A stretch of 64,000 nt of DNA from a virus (taxonomy: Duplodnaviria; Caudoviricetes), in IMG/VR virus record IMGVR_UViG_3300037067_018433; one strand, 5' to 3'. The notes below the pieces were generated by a model that made no database searches, was not told the origin of the DNA, and saw only the letters and a list, made by a program, of their open reading frames with translations. The translations under genes and the position numbers were made by a program. The first letter of the stretch is position 1; each line of letters begins with the position of its first letter. Below are positions 16,982 through 26,231 of the stretch, one piece after another.

Positions 16982-18177
16982 CGTTTCTCCTGTGGTCCCA
17001 GCAGCGGAGGCCGCGGCAGGGTGTTGAGGAGCATCCGGTAGAGACTGAACCACAAAGAGGGATCGGTCCGCATGCGGTTCATCACTTCGACGGATCCCGA
17101 GGCTTCGACCACCACGTTCCCTTCCTGGTCCATGACCTTCGTCTTCGGGCCGGCTTGCACGACGTGGTCGTGGCGCCGGAGCGTCTCGAACAAATCGGAG
17201 ATCACGTCCGGGCCCGACTCGAAGTACATGACGTACTCTCCGTACTGCCCGTCGTGCGTATCACGCTTGGCCTTGGTGAGCTCCCAGCCGATGGTCTTCC
17301 CGACCTTGGGCTCCCCCTGGAGCGGCAGCTTGCCCTTGTTCTGCAACTGCAGGTCCATGGTGTTGTAGTGTCGACGGGCGAAGGCCCCGTGCTTGGTACT
17401 CCACTTGCGTGCCTGCCAGCCGCCCGTGGCCAGGTTGGCGCGCGCCTGACCCACGATCACCAGGGTCGGGCGGTCGAGTCCCCCCAGTCGGTGGCAGACG
17501 CTGGTGTACTTCTTCACGAACTCGGTATCCAGCTGCGCCATCGGGAGCCCGGACCCGCCCTCGATCTGCATGTCGGACGCTATCTCGCCGGCCTTGGCCC
17601 GCTGCTCGACGAAGTCCTTGGGCATCAGGCCATCGATGGAGTTGATGATGATCAGCTGGCAGAGGTTGGACTTGGCGGTGAGCAGCACCTTCCGGTACAT
17701 CGACTCGGCTTCGGTGGTCTGGCAGAACAGCACTTCGCCGATCTGGGACTGCAGATCCGCCCGCATCTCACCACTCAGCTTGGCGCCCAGCGACGCTTCG
17801 TAGTTGTCGATGTCCTCCTCGCCCAGCGCTACGCGCACGCCCATCTTGCGCGCCCACAGCTTGTCGAAGCCTGAGGGCTCGGTGTACCCGATGAAGATCC
17901 CGGACTTCTCGCCGTACAAAAACTGGTTCATCTTCATCAGGCAGTTGAGCAACGCGTCCTTGCCCACGCCCTCCTGCCCGTCGAGCTGGTTGATGGTGCC
18001 CGACGGGAAGCCTCCGGCCAGCGCCAGGTCCACGGACGCGACGCCCGTAGGTCGGCGCAGCGGTGTGGGGTCCACCATGTTCGAGGCGCGCGTGACCTTC
18101 ACGTCCCCCTGGTTCAGCAGCGACAGGAGGGCATCGATCGGAGTTGCAGGCTCCTTCTCCTTCTTTTTACGTTGCAT
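16978..18177 (-). CDS. recA: RecA/UvsX-like recombinase
   Basis: PTGVASVDLALAGGFPSG, Walker A-like GQEGVGKD, IIINSI, IVGQAR. Confidence 0.88.
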   Translation of the reverse strand: MQRKKKEKEPATPIDALLSLLNQGDVKVTRASNMVDPTPLRRPTGVASVDLALAGGFPSGTINQLDGQEGVGKDALLNCLMKMNQFLYGEKSGIFIGYTEPSGFDKLWARKMGVRVALGEEDIDNYEASLGAKLSGEMRADLQSQIGEVLFCQTTEAESMYRKVLLTAKSNLCQLIIINSIDGLMPKDFVEQRAKAGEIASDMQIEGGSGLPMAQLDTEFVKKYTSVCHRLGGLDRPTLVIVGQARANLATGGWQARKWSTKHGAFARRHYNTMDLQLQNKGKLPLQGEPKVGKTIGWELTKAKRDTHDGQYGEYVMYFESGPDVISDLFETLRRHDHVVQAGPKTKVMDQEGNVVVEASGSVEVMNRMRTDPSLWFSLYRMLLNTLPRPPLLGPQEKR

Positions 18178-18325
18178 CGTGGTGCTCCTCTTCGATGTAC
18201 TCCGTCCCGTGGACCGGGCACCGTGGGATGCTGTCTGGGTCCCTGGTGTCCAGGACGAGCAGCGCCCCGCACTTCGGGCACTTGCCGTCGGGTGGTGCCT
18301 TGATCTGCACGTTCAGCTTTTCCAT
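18167..18325 (-). CDS. small Zn-ribbon protein (52 aa, not in the ORF track)
   Basis: MEKLNVQIKAPPDGKCPKCG...CPVHGT; ATG directly after the polymerase stop. Confidence 0.6.
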   Translation of the reverse strand: MEKLNVQIKAPPDGKCPKCGALLVLDTRDPDSIPRCPVHGTEYIEEEHHDAT

Positions 18326-20278
18326 CTAGCCCTTCGCTTCCTTCCAGTTGGGGCCGATACCGCCGTCGGCCGTGATGTCCACAGGCAAATGGATGCCCAT
18401 GTCTTCTTGCGGGTTGGTCGCCAGCTTCAGGCAGCGGGCTAGCGCTTCCTTCGCCACGCTGTCCTCCGCGGTGCTCACCAGCTCGTCGTGCACCGGGGCC
18501 TGCGGAACGAACGCGATGCTTCGTAGGTCCGGGTCACGCCAGATGCGGATCTGGATGAGCTTCATCAGGTCTGCGGCGGCCCCCTGGATCTCGGAGTTCA
18601 CCGCTTGGCGACACGCCTCGTTCCAGTCGGGGCTCCGCATCTGCTTCATCAGTTCCCACTCGGGAACATTGAAGTTGAGCTTTCCCGCCGGCAGCTGCCG
18701 ACGCCAGCCCAGGAGCGTCGTCACGTACCCGGTCTCGGACACGAACGCCTTGGTCCGCTCGATGAACTTGCCCACGCCCGGGAACCTGTCCAGCCACTTC
18801 CGCTGCAGGCCCCGGGCGTACTCCAGGTTCTCGTCACGGTCGGTCGACGGCAGCTTGTGCAGCTGGGTGATGAGCTTCCACTCGGTCTCCCCGTACAGCA
18901 GCCCGAAGCCCGTGCGCTTCTTGTCGTTGCGCTCGTCCTCGAGCTCCTGCTGGTGAGGGGTTCTCTTCTTGGTCTTGTGCGCCTCGTTGACCTCCTCGTA
19001 CGGGACGCCCTCCATCATCTCGACGGTCTTGCTGTGGACGTCGATGCCGTCGCGGAACAGTTGGATCATCACCTCGTCGCCGGACAAGGCCGCCGCCAGC
19101 TTCAGCTCGACCTGCTCGAGGTCGAAGTCCAGCACCTTCCACCCCGGTGGGGCGATGAACAGGTTCCTGAACGCCTTCGGAATGTTCTGGAGGTTGGGGG
19201 CCGATGATGACAAGCGCCCCGTTCGAGCACCTCCTTGGTTGAACGACGTGTGCAGGCGGCTGAAGGGATCGAGCTGCTTCCGCAGGCCCGTGGTGTACGT
19301 GCCCAGCTGCTTCACCGCGTCCCGCGAGTCCAGGACCGCCTGGACCAGCTCGTGGTTCACGTTCGGCAGCTTGAGCCACGCTTCGAGCACGTCCACGTCC
19401 AGCGACGGGCTCTTGATCCCCTTCTTCCCGCCGCCCGTGAACTTGACCGGCGGGTACTTCAGCTTGTCGAAGAACAGCTCTCCCAGCTGCTTGGGGGAGT
19501 TGAGGTTGACCGGGTACCCGGCCAGGGCCGACACCTTGCGCGACTGCTCGTCGATCTCCTGCTGGAGGGGACCCGCCAGCGAGCTCATCTTGTCGACGTC
19601 GATGAGCGAGCCGGCACGCTCGTACTCGTACAGGATGCGGGTCATGGGGATCTCGATGGTCTTGTACAGCTCCCACTGGTTTCCGACCAGGGGATTCGGC
19701 GTGGCGATCAGTCGCCGGCGTAGCTCGTCGGCGTTCACCCCCGTCATCCACGCGTCCATCGTGGCGTAGCCCATGACCTTGGTGCGGTTGTCGGGGTTGA
19801 GCAGCGCCATCACCAGGTCTTCCTTGCCGAAGACGTCGCGGAAGGTCCCCCAGTCGGTGTACCGAGGATCGTAGCGCTCGTACAGCCCGTCCTTGGACAG
19901 GTACTTGAGGTCGTGGTGGGGACGCGCGCTGTTCTCGCGCATGCTGCCTACGGCGCAATCGAAGATGGGGTCGGCCACTTTGATCCCGATGTTGGCCAAC
20001 CGGTGCATGTCGAACTTCGCGTTCTGCATGTCCTTGAGCTTGCCGCCCAGCAGTAGCGGATTGAGGATGGGGATGAGGATGCTGGGCAGGCAGACCCGCC
20101 GGTTCCCGCAGGCTAGAGACATGATCAGGACCTTGTCCTTCCACGAGAAGTCCTTGCCGTTGGTCTCGGTATCGAACGCGAACGTCTCGTAGTGGTCGGC
20201 GTACTCCAGGAACTCCTGGACCTCGCGCTCGGTACCGAGGTACTCGGGGACCGGAACCTGCCCGCCCAGCGATTCCAT
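18326..20278 (-). CDS. polA: family A DNA polymerase with 3'-5' exonuclease
   Basis: ExoI FDTET, ExoII QNAKFD, TGRLSSSAPNLQNIP, motif A DLEQVELK, motif B KRTGFGLLYG, motif C VHDEL. Confidence 0.95.
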   Translation of the reverse strand: MESLGGQVPVPEYLGTEREVQEFLEYADHYETFAFDTETNGKDFSWKDKVLIMSLACGNRRVCLPSILIPILNPLLLGGKLKDMQNAKFDMHRLANIGIKVADPIFDCAVGSMRENSARPHHDLKYLSKDGLYERYDPRYTDWGTFRDVFGKEDLVMALLNPDNRTKVMGYATMDAWMTGVNADELRRRLIATPNPLVGNQWELYKTIEIPMTRILYEYERAGSLIDVDKMSSLAGPLQQEIDEQSRKVSALAGYPVNLNSPKQLGELFFDKLKYPPVKFTGGGKKGIKSPSLDVDVLEAWLKLPNVNHELVQAVLDSRDAVKQLGTYTTGLRKQLDPFSRLHTSFNQGGARTGRLSSSAPNLQNIPKAFRNLFIAPPGWKVLDFDLEQVELKLAAALSGDEVMIQLFRDGIDVHSKTVEMMEGVPYEEVNEAHKTKKRTPHQQELEDERNDKKRTGFGLLYGETEWKLITQLHKLPSTDRDENLEYARGLQRKWLDRFPGVGKFIERTKAFVSETGYVTTLLGWRRQLPAGKLNFNVPEWELMKQMRSPDWNEACRQAVNSEIQGAAADLMKLIQIRIWRDPDLRSIAFVPQAPVHDELVSTAEDSVAKEALARCLKLATNPQEDMGIHLPVDITADGGIGPNWKEAKG

Positions 20279-20281
20279 CAG

Positions 20282-21628
20282 CTACTCCAGGTCATCGGCG
20301 GTGAGGGGGTCGTCTTCATCCTCCTCGACCGGAGGTGCCTGGCCGATGGCCGCGAGCATCGGGTTGGCAGTAGACGCCGCGGGGGACGCCATGTACGGGG
20401 GCATGGGAGCCGCGACCGGCGGCGCCTGCGGAGTCGCGGGCTGCGGCGGAGGCAGCTGTGCCTGGAGGAACGGAGGGAGGGGCGCCGGCGCCGGGGGAGT
20501 TGCAGGAGCGCCCACTGTTGACGGCAGGCCGCTGCGCGGCTGTGCGTTGGGATCCGCACCGAGACCACCGGCCGTGACGTTGATGCCGAACTGCTTCTTG
20601 ATGCGTTTCTGCAGCGAGGCAGGCGGTAGCGCCGCGTAGATGGTGGGCAGATCGTACGGCGTGATGGTCATGCCGCGATCCGCCAGGGACTTGACGTACT
20701 CCTGCTGGATATCGCTGGTCATCGGCTTGCCGTCAGGTCCCAGCAGCACCTGGACCTCGATGGTCCCGGGCTTGTTCTTCGCCGGGTCGATGGGACGGCG
20801 GAACTGGAGGTTCACGTCGAACACGGTCAGCGGGCGCGGGGTCGCGCAGCCCTTGCACTGGATGAGCTTGTGGTACGTGTGATTGCGCGTGTTGCAGTGG
20901 GGGCACACGCCGCCGTTGGTCAGCAAGCGCAGGAACTCGGCGTCCGACAACCCGCTGGTGTCGACGCTTGCCACGATCTGGTTGCAGTTGTTGCAGGCCG
21001 CGGCGTACACGGTGATGCGCCCGCCGCACTTGCAGTAGTCGCCCAGCTGGTCGTCCAGGGTCTCCAGCGCCTCCTGGTCCTGGCGCCCGAACTCGATGTG
21101 TCCGTAGTAGCCCAGGACGCGAGGCAGCTGCTGGTTGCAGAACGGGCAGTTCGTGTTGGTGGACGTCTGCTGGCACTGCTTCCAGTTCGTCATGATCTTG
21201 CCCTGGCGTGCCTTCTCGGGGTTGCTGTGCGGGAGCTTCTGCTCGTGATAGAAGTGCAGGCCCAGCATGTTGTACGCGAAGCGCGCCATCACGCTGTCGT
21301 GATCGGGTACCATGCACGCCAAACACAGCTCGTACGACGCGAAGTCGTTGAGTCCGCGTCCGCAGATCACGAAGCCCTTCTTGCCCGTACGGGTCTCGGG
21401 CCAGAAGTGGGAGTTGAAGCGCCAGAACGGAAGGTCCATGTTCTCATGCCGCGTCGGGTCGTACCAGACGTCCGTCGGGTACTGTCCGGGGATGAGCTTC
21501 GCCGGCGTCCAGACCATGGTATCGAGGAACATCCGGTTGTACTTTCCCTTGACGTCCCCCCGGTAGCTCTTCTGCTGGTTCTCGCGGAACTTCCGGGAAG
21601 CACTCGCGTAGTCGTACGGCGTATTCAT
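20282..21628 (-). CDS. multi-Zn-finger putative ssDNA-binding protein
   Basis: 14 Cys, mostly in CxxC/CxC; Pro-rich linker; acidic tail EEDEDDPLTADDLE; lies between primase and polymerase. Confidence 0.5.
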   Translation of the reverse strand: MNTPYDYASASRKFRENQQKSYRGDVKGKYNRMFLDTMVWTPAKLIPGQYPTDVWYDPTRHENMDLPFWRFNSHFWPETRTGKKGFVICGRGLNDFASYELCLACMVPDHDSVMARFAYNMLGLHFYHEQKLPHSNPEKARQGKIMTNWKQCQQTSTNTNCPFCNQQLPRVLGYYGHIEFGRQDQEALETLDDQLGDYCKCGGRITVYAAACNNCNQIVASVDTSGLSDAEFLRLLTNGGVCPHCNTRNHTYHKLIQCKGCATPRPLTVFDVNLQFRRPIDPAKNKPGTIEVQVLLGPDGKPMTSDIQQEYVKSLADRGMTITPYDLPTIYAALPPASLQKRIKKQFGINVTAGGLGADPNAQPRSGLPSTVGAPATPPAPAPLPPFLQAQLPPPQPATPQAPPVAAPMPPYMASPAASTANPMLAAIGQAPPVEEDEDDPLTADDLE

Positions 21629-22560
21629 GATCTCACCTTTCTCTGGCCGACAACAGCGGCCAGTTGCTGTGCGTTCAGGTCGTCCGGTTGGATGTCCGGA
21701 TTGTCGTCCTCGTAGTTCAGGAGATCGACCAGCGGTCCCATGCGCTCGAGCAGCCGCATGTACAACCGCCGCGATGCGTCTCTGCCCGCACGGTCGTTGT
21801 CGTACAGGATCCACACGGGCCGGTAGACGGCTACGATCAGTTCCACTTGTTCGGGGGTGAACCCTACACCCTGCGTGGCGACCACCGGATACCCAAGCTG
21901 GTGCACCCACATGGCCGCCTTGTAGCCCTCGACGATGCCGTAGGGACCGGTCGGCGGCAGCAGGTTGAACCCCCACAGGTGGTTTCGGTGCCCCTGGTCA
22001 GTGCCGGGCTTGATGCCCACTTCGTCTTCGTACAGCTTGTACTTGGGGATCGTATCCTTGTCGACGGCCCCTCCGACGATCGCCACCAGGCCTCCGTGGC
22101 GGTCGTACACCGGGTACGTCACCCGGCGCTCGTTGAGGTCGTACCCCACCTGGAACCGGTCCAGCGTGCGAACCTTGAACCCGGCGTTCAGCAGGTTCCG
22201 CGGCAGGTTGGACTGGAACACGCCAACCATTGCCGCGAGGCTACCGATCCTCTCTTCCACCTCCTCGTCTGTCGTCTTCGGGCGAGCCGGCCGCATCTGC
22301 TTGAGCGCCCGGGCGAATGTCTTGGCCCCCTCCCGGTCCATGCCCCGACGGGACAAGAACTGGTCGAGCCACTCGTTGTACCCACAGGTGAAGCAGATCA
22401 CTTTACCTGTGTCCAGGTACACGCTCATGCTAGGGTGACGCTCGGTACCCGGGGCGTTCACCGGATGGAACGGGCAGTACACGGAGACCCGGTTGGGTAG
22501 CGTGCGGTGGACCCGCACGTACCCTTCCAGCATCTGGGCGATTTCCGACCCGTCGGCCAT
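21625..22560 (-). CDS. dnaG: DnaG-type DNA primase
   Basis: CPFH...CFTC Zn finger; TOPRIM IVEGY and YDND. Confidence 0.9.
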   Translation of the reverse strand: MADGSEIAQMLEGYVRVHRTLPNRVSVYCPFHPVNAPGTERHPSMSVYLDTGKVICFTCGYNEWLDQFLSRRGMDREGAKTFARALKQMRPARPKTTDEEVEERIGSLAAMVGVFQSNLPRNLLNAGFKVRTLDRFQVGYDLNERRVTYPVYDRHGGLVAIVGGAVDKDTIPKYKLYEDEVGIKPGTDQGHRNHLWGFNLLPPTGPYGIVEGYKAAMWVHQLGYPVVATQGVGFTPEQVELIVAVYRPVWILYDNDRAGRDASRRLYMRLLERMGPLVDLLNYEDDNPDIQPDDLNAQQLAAVVGQRKVRS

Positions 22561-23948
22561 CAGTCCTTCTTCACCTTGGCCGCGTGCCCGGCGCGGCTTG
22601 CTCCACCGAGGCTGTTGGTCGGCGGCCGTGCGGCGTCCAACGGATCCTCGTCGACCTCCTTGCGCAAGAGGCTCTTCAGCTTCTTGTAGTCGTCCACGCG
22701 CTCGCACCAGTCGGTCATGCCCTCGCAGAACGCGCCGCTGACCAGGAACCCTGGGAGCTCGAACTCGCGGGCCCCCGTTGGCTGGAGCAGCAGCTGTCGG
22801 GCGCCGGAGCGGTCCGCCCGGATCTTGGTGATGCGCAACGTCATGTCCGCGTCCTGGCCCAGGGCGTCGGCGTTGGCGATGTCCCGCTGGGAGTCCACCG
22901 GGACGTCCTTCTCTCCTTCGCGGTTCGCCTGGTGCGTGACGATCACCGGCACGTTCAGGGACAGCGCCAACTGCTTGGCGTCGGAACTGAGGTTGCTGAT
23001 GACCGTCCATTCACGGCTTCGCTTGCCCGTTCGGACGTCTGCCGCGTGCAGCAGCCCGTCGATGAACACGGCGATGGCCCCCGTGTCGCGCGCCGCCTGC
23101 TCGACATCCAACAGGCTGTACGCCTTCTTGCGACGGGCAGGGCTGATGGCGGGTCCCGCGAACACGATCTCACGACCCAGCTTTTCCGAGTACCGGATGT
23201 CGGCCAGTGCATCGCCCAGCGTCTGGTACTCCGTGGGCGACAGCAGCCCCTTGTTGAACCGTCCGTAGTCGACCTTGGCCCGGATGCAGGCCAGCCGGTT
23301 CATGAGCTGGTTCCTGCTCATCTCGAAGCTGACGAACAGCACCCGACCCTCGCGCTGCTGGCTGATGTGGTTGAGCACGTGCAGCAGCTCGAACGTCTTC
23401 CCGCTCTTCGGGCGCCCGTAGAGCACGATGAAGTCCGTGGGCTGGATGCCTCGCGTCTCGGTGTTGAGCACCGGCCACGGATAGGGGAGTCCGGTGATGG
23501 TGGCGTCCTTTCCCCGTTCGTACCACGCCAGGGGCTCAGCGGACATGCCACCGGCGGTGACCGTCGTGTTCGGCTGGTGGTCGTACAGGAGCGTGCGCAT
23601 CTGGGTGATGGCCTCTTGCACGGCTTGTGGTGTGGTGAGCGTCTTGGATTGCAGTGCAGCCAGCTGCACGGCCACCTGACGCTGGAGCGACAGGCCGATC
23701 AGTTCCGCGGCCACGGCCGCCGGCGACACGTCCGGCGGCGCGGGCTCCGGGATGACACCCGGGTTCTGGCGCACGAACTCGCTCAGGGTCGGGAGCGACG
23801 AGTACTCGGCCCGGTGCTCGACCAGGTACTTGAACGCCTGCTGCACGCCGGGCATGCCCAGGTGCTCGGCTCGTAGTCCGCCGCTCAGCAGCTCGTCCAG
23901 GCACCGGCGTTCCAGCACCATTCCCAACATCGACAACTCAGGATTCAA
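22560..23948 (-). CDS. dnaB: DnaB-like replicative helicase
   Basis: Walker A GRPKSGKT, SFEM, VFIDG, HQANR, GQDAD. Confidence 0.92.
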   Translation of the reverse strand: MNPELSMLGMVLERRCLDELLSGGLRAEHLGMPGVQQAFKYLVEHRAEYSSLPTLSEFVRQNPGVIPEPAPPDVSPAAVAAELIGLSLQRQVAVQLAALQSKTLTTPQAVQEAITQMRTLLYDHQPNTTVTAGGMSAEPLAWYERGKDATITGLPYPWPVLNTETRGIQPTDFIVLYGRPKSGKTFELLHVLNHISQQREGRVLFVSFEMSRNQLMNRLACIRAKVDYGRFNKGLLSPTEYQTLGDALADIRYSEKLGREIVFAGPAISPARRKKAYSLLDVEQAARDTGAIAVFIDGLLHAADVRTGKRSREWTVISNLSSDAKQLALSLNVPVIVTHQANREGEKDVPVDSQRDIANADALGQDADMTLRITKIRADRSGARQLLLQPTGAREFELPGFLVSGAFCEGMTDWCERVDDYKKLKSLLRKEVDEDPLDAARPPTNSLGGASRAGHAAKVKKD

Positions 23949-23962
23949 GCGATCCTCCCTTC

Positions 23963-24289
23963 TCAGAACTGTTGCAGGTCCTTGTCCTTCCGTAGGGCAC
24001 TGGCGATGTCCGCCGGCTCCTCGAGATCCGGGGGCAGCGTCATCGTCGTGCCGCCCGGTCCCAGGTTCTGCCCCATGGCTTTCTCCACCAGCTCGACCAG
24101 CGTCGTGGCGGCGTCGACCACCTCTCTAGGCCAGGTCGTCGTCTGGGAGTAGCCCGCCTGCCCCGGCGGCCCGATCCCATTTCGGTTCTTCAACACCGCC
24201 TGGGCATCCAGCGTCAGGCCCTGGGACGTCATCCGCAGCTCCAGGCGCACCAACGCCAACACGTCCAACTTCAGCACGCCTTCGTACAT
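23963..24289 (-). CDS. hypothetical protein
   Basis: ATG with GGAGG upstream. Confidence 0.5.
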   Translation of the reverse strand: MYEGVLKLDVLALVRLELRMTSQGLTLDAQAVLKNRNGIGPPGQAGYSQTTTWPREVVDAATTLVELVEKAMGQNLGPGGTTMTLPPDLEEPADIASALRKDKDLQQF

Positions 24290-24497
24290 AGTCCAACACC
24301 TCCAGTGCATAGGGTGTGGCACCCTCCGCTACGTGCCGCGCCACGTTGTACAAGTACGTCAGGTGAACAGCGGCCTTCGCCTGATCAGAGAAGTCGACAG
24401 CCTCTTCCACCTCCGCGCCCGCCTCGATGGAGCTGTACGCCGGTAGATCCGGGTGTTCCGGCGTATGACGGGCGCGGATGACGACTCGGATGATCAC
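24126..24497 (-). CDS. hypothetical protein
   Basis: GTGA overlap at start; 3' part overlaps the next gene. Confidence 0.45.
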   Translation of the reverse strand: MIIRVVIRARHTPEHPDLPAYSSIEAGAEVEEAVDFSDQAKAAVHLTYLYNVARHVAEGATPYALEVLDYVRRRAEVGRVGVGAPGAADDVPGPDAGCPGGVEEPKWDRAAGAGGLLPDDDLA

Positions 24498-24952
24498 AGC
24501 ATCTTCTCCAGTGCCCCGAGTTCAACTTCCTTGGGTCCCAGGACAGAGACGATGGGCGGGACGTCGATTTCGAGACCGTCGAGCTGGTGTCCGTACCGAC
24601 CCTGGAGCACCAGCAGCGCGTTCTTGCCGTCCTTGCCGTCCTTGCCCCGGAACTTGTAGTTGATCTCCACGACCGTCCGGAACTCTTCGTCCGTGACGAT
24701 CTCTTCGAGCGCGTCGAAGTTGACGGCGCGGCCGCCGGCCAGCTTGGTCGACAGCAGGCCCATGGTCTCCGACTTGCGCGACTCCTTGGATGTGGCCTTG
24801 ACGCGGTCGGCCACGATCTTGCGCGAGTCGTTGTACTGCTCCACCAGCTTCTGGAGCGTCGAGACGACGCCGCTGTTCTGCTGGACGAAGTCCTTGAGCG
24901 CCTTGTGCGCGCTGTCCAGGGCCTCGACCGGATCGATTTCGTTCATCCTCAT
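24494..24952 (-). CDS. hypothetical protein
   Basis: ATGA overlap with UDG; AAGGAG SD. Confidence 0.65.
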   Translation of the reverse strand: MRMNEIDPVEALDSAHKALKDFVQQNSGVVSTLQKLVEQYNDSRKIVADRVKATSKESRKSETMGLLSTKLAGGRAVNFDALEEIVTDEEFRTVVEINYKFRGKDGKDGKNALLVLQGRYGHQLDGLEIDVPPIVSVLGPKEVELGALEKML

Positions 24953-25641
24953 GCTCCTTCCGGTGCCACAGGGCTCATGCCCTGGGCGATGCGCAGGTAG
25001 GCCCACGAACGGTCGTACAGCCCCTGCAGGTCGTCCTCGGTCGCCTTCTGCAACTGCGGCTTGTCCGCGGTCCGCAGCAGGTAGGCGGGGTGGAAGATGG
25101 GTTGCGCGCAGTACGCGACCTTGCGCTCCACCCCCTGCACGAACACGTCGTGCATGTTCTCCCGCAGCTTGGTGATCGAGCCCTTGAGCCCAAAGCTCAG
25201 GCACGCGTACTCGCCGGCCAACACGAGGGCGATGGGATCGATGATGCGCACGAGACGCTCGACCCACGGTCGGCAGTTGCCGATCTCTTCCGCTGTCGGT
25301 TTGGCGTTCTCCCACTTCGGGGGGTCGGTGAGCGTGTTGAGCTGGGCAGGCCAGCAGCTGCACGTGTTCCAGATGTAGAAGTCGTCGACGTTTCCCGGCT
25401 CCCCGTTGGGCGTCTTCAGCTTGGCGAGCATCTCGTTCAGCCTCTTGCCGGAGCGCCCGACGAACGCCGATCCGTCGTCGTTCTCCTCGGGTCCCGGCGC
25501 CTCCCCGAAGATGATGATGCGCGCGGCGTCCGCATCCCCCCGTCCCTGGACGACCTGCTTGCGGGTCTTGACCAGTCGGGGACACTTCTCGCACGACGCC
25601 ATCTCTGCGAAGAGCTCGTCGACCTGTACCTGCTTGCTCAA
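24949..25641 (-). CDS. uracil-DNA glycosylase, family 4
   Basis: CEKC, GEAPGPEE, FVGRSG, N...CWP, HPAYLLR. Confidence 0.92.
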   Translation of the reverse strand: MSKQVQVDELFAEMASCEKCPRLVKTRKQVVQGRGDADAARIIIFGEAPGPEENDDGSAFVGRSGKRLNEMLAKLKTPNGEPGNVDDFYIWNTCSCWPAQLNTLTDPPKWENAKPTAEEIGNCRPWVERLVRIIDPIALVLAGEYACLSFGLKGSITKLRENMHDVFVQGVERKVAYCAQPIFHPAYLLRTADKPQLQKATEDDLQGLYDRSWAYLRIAQGMSPVAPEGA

Positions 25642-26231
25642 CGCAACAGCCCCGCTGCCCGCATCTTCGCCAGCACCTGTGGCGGGATGTTCCGCGGGTC
25701 GATACCCTGACCGGGTAGCGCAAGCCCGCTACCCTGGGCACGACGGAACATCTCCTCCATCTCCTTCGCCTCCTTCTCGAGCTTCGCGCTCATCTCCGCC
25801 TGGAGCGCCTCACGGAACTTGAGGCGGATGAACTCTGCTGCGGGGATCGCAGCGTCGATCATCTTGACGCGCGCCACGAAGTCGAGCGGGATGTAGGACG
25901 GGCGGTCCTCCGTGTCGAAGTCCGGGCGCAACGCGCCGATGGTCTGGAGAATCGGGCGCCCACTAGGCGCCTGTGTTGGGAACGCGACCTCGAGGTAGCG
26001 CACCACGCACCGCAATCCGACGCACTTCCGCTGCCCGAAGCTCGCGGGCAGTTCCTCGATTTCGGGGTCGAAGCGTCCGGTGAGCAGCTCGCCGTCCTTC
26101 GTCTTGATGTGGTACCAGACGCCCCCTTCCTCCACCAACTTCTTCTGCTCGGCCTCCATCTGCTCCTGGAGTTCCGGAGGCAGGCCCTCCACGTCCTCTG
26201 CCTCGATCTTGTCCTCCGACGCGTCGCTCAT
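25638..26231 (-). CDS. hypothetical protein
   Basis: ATGA overlap; GGAG SD. Confidence 0.65.
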   Translation of the reverse strand: MSDASEDKIEAEDVEGLPPELQEQMEAEQKKLVEEGGVWYHIKTKDGELLTGRFDPEIEELPASFGQRKCVGLRCVVRYLEVAFPTQAPSGRPILQTIGALRPDFDTEDRPSYIPLDFVARVKMIDAAIPAAEFIRLKFREALQAEMSAKLEKEAKEMEEMFRRAQGSGLALPGQGIDPRNIPPQVLAKMRAAGLLR

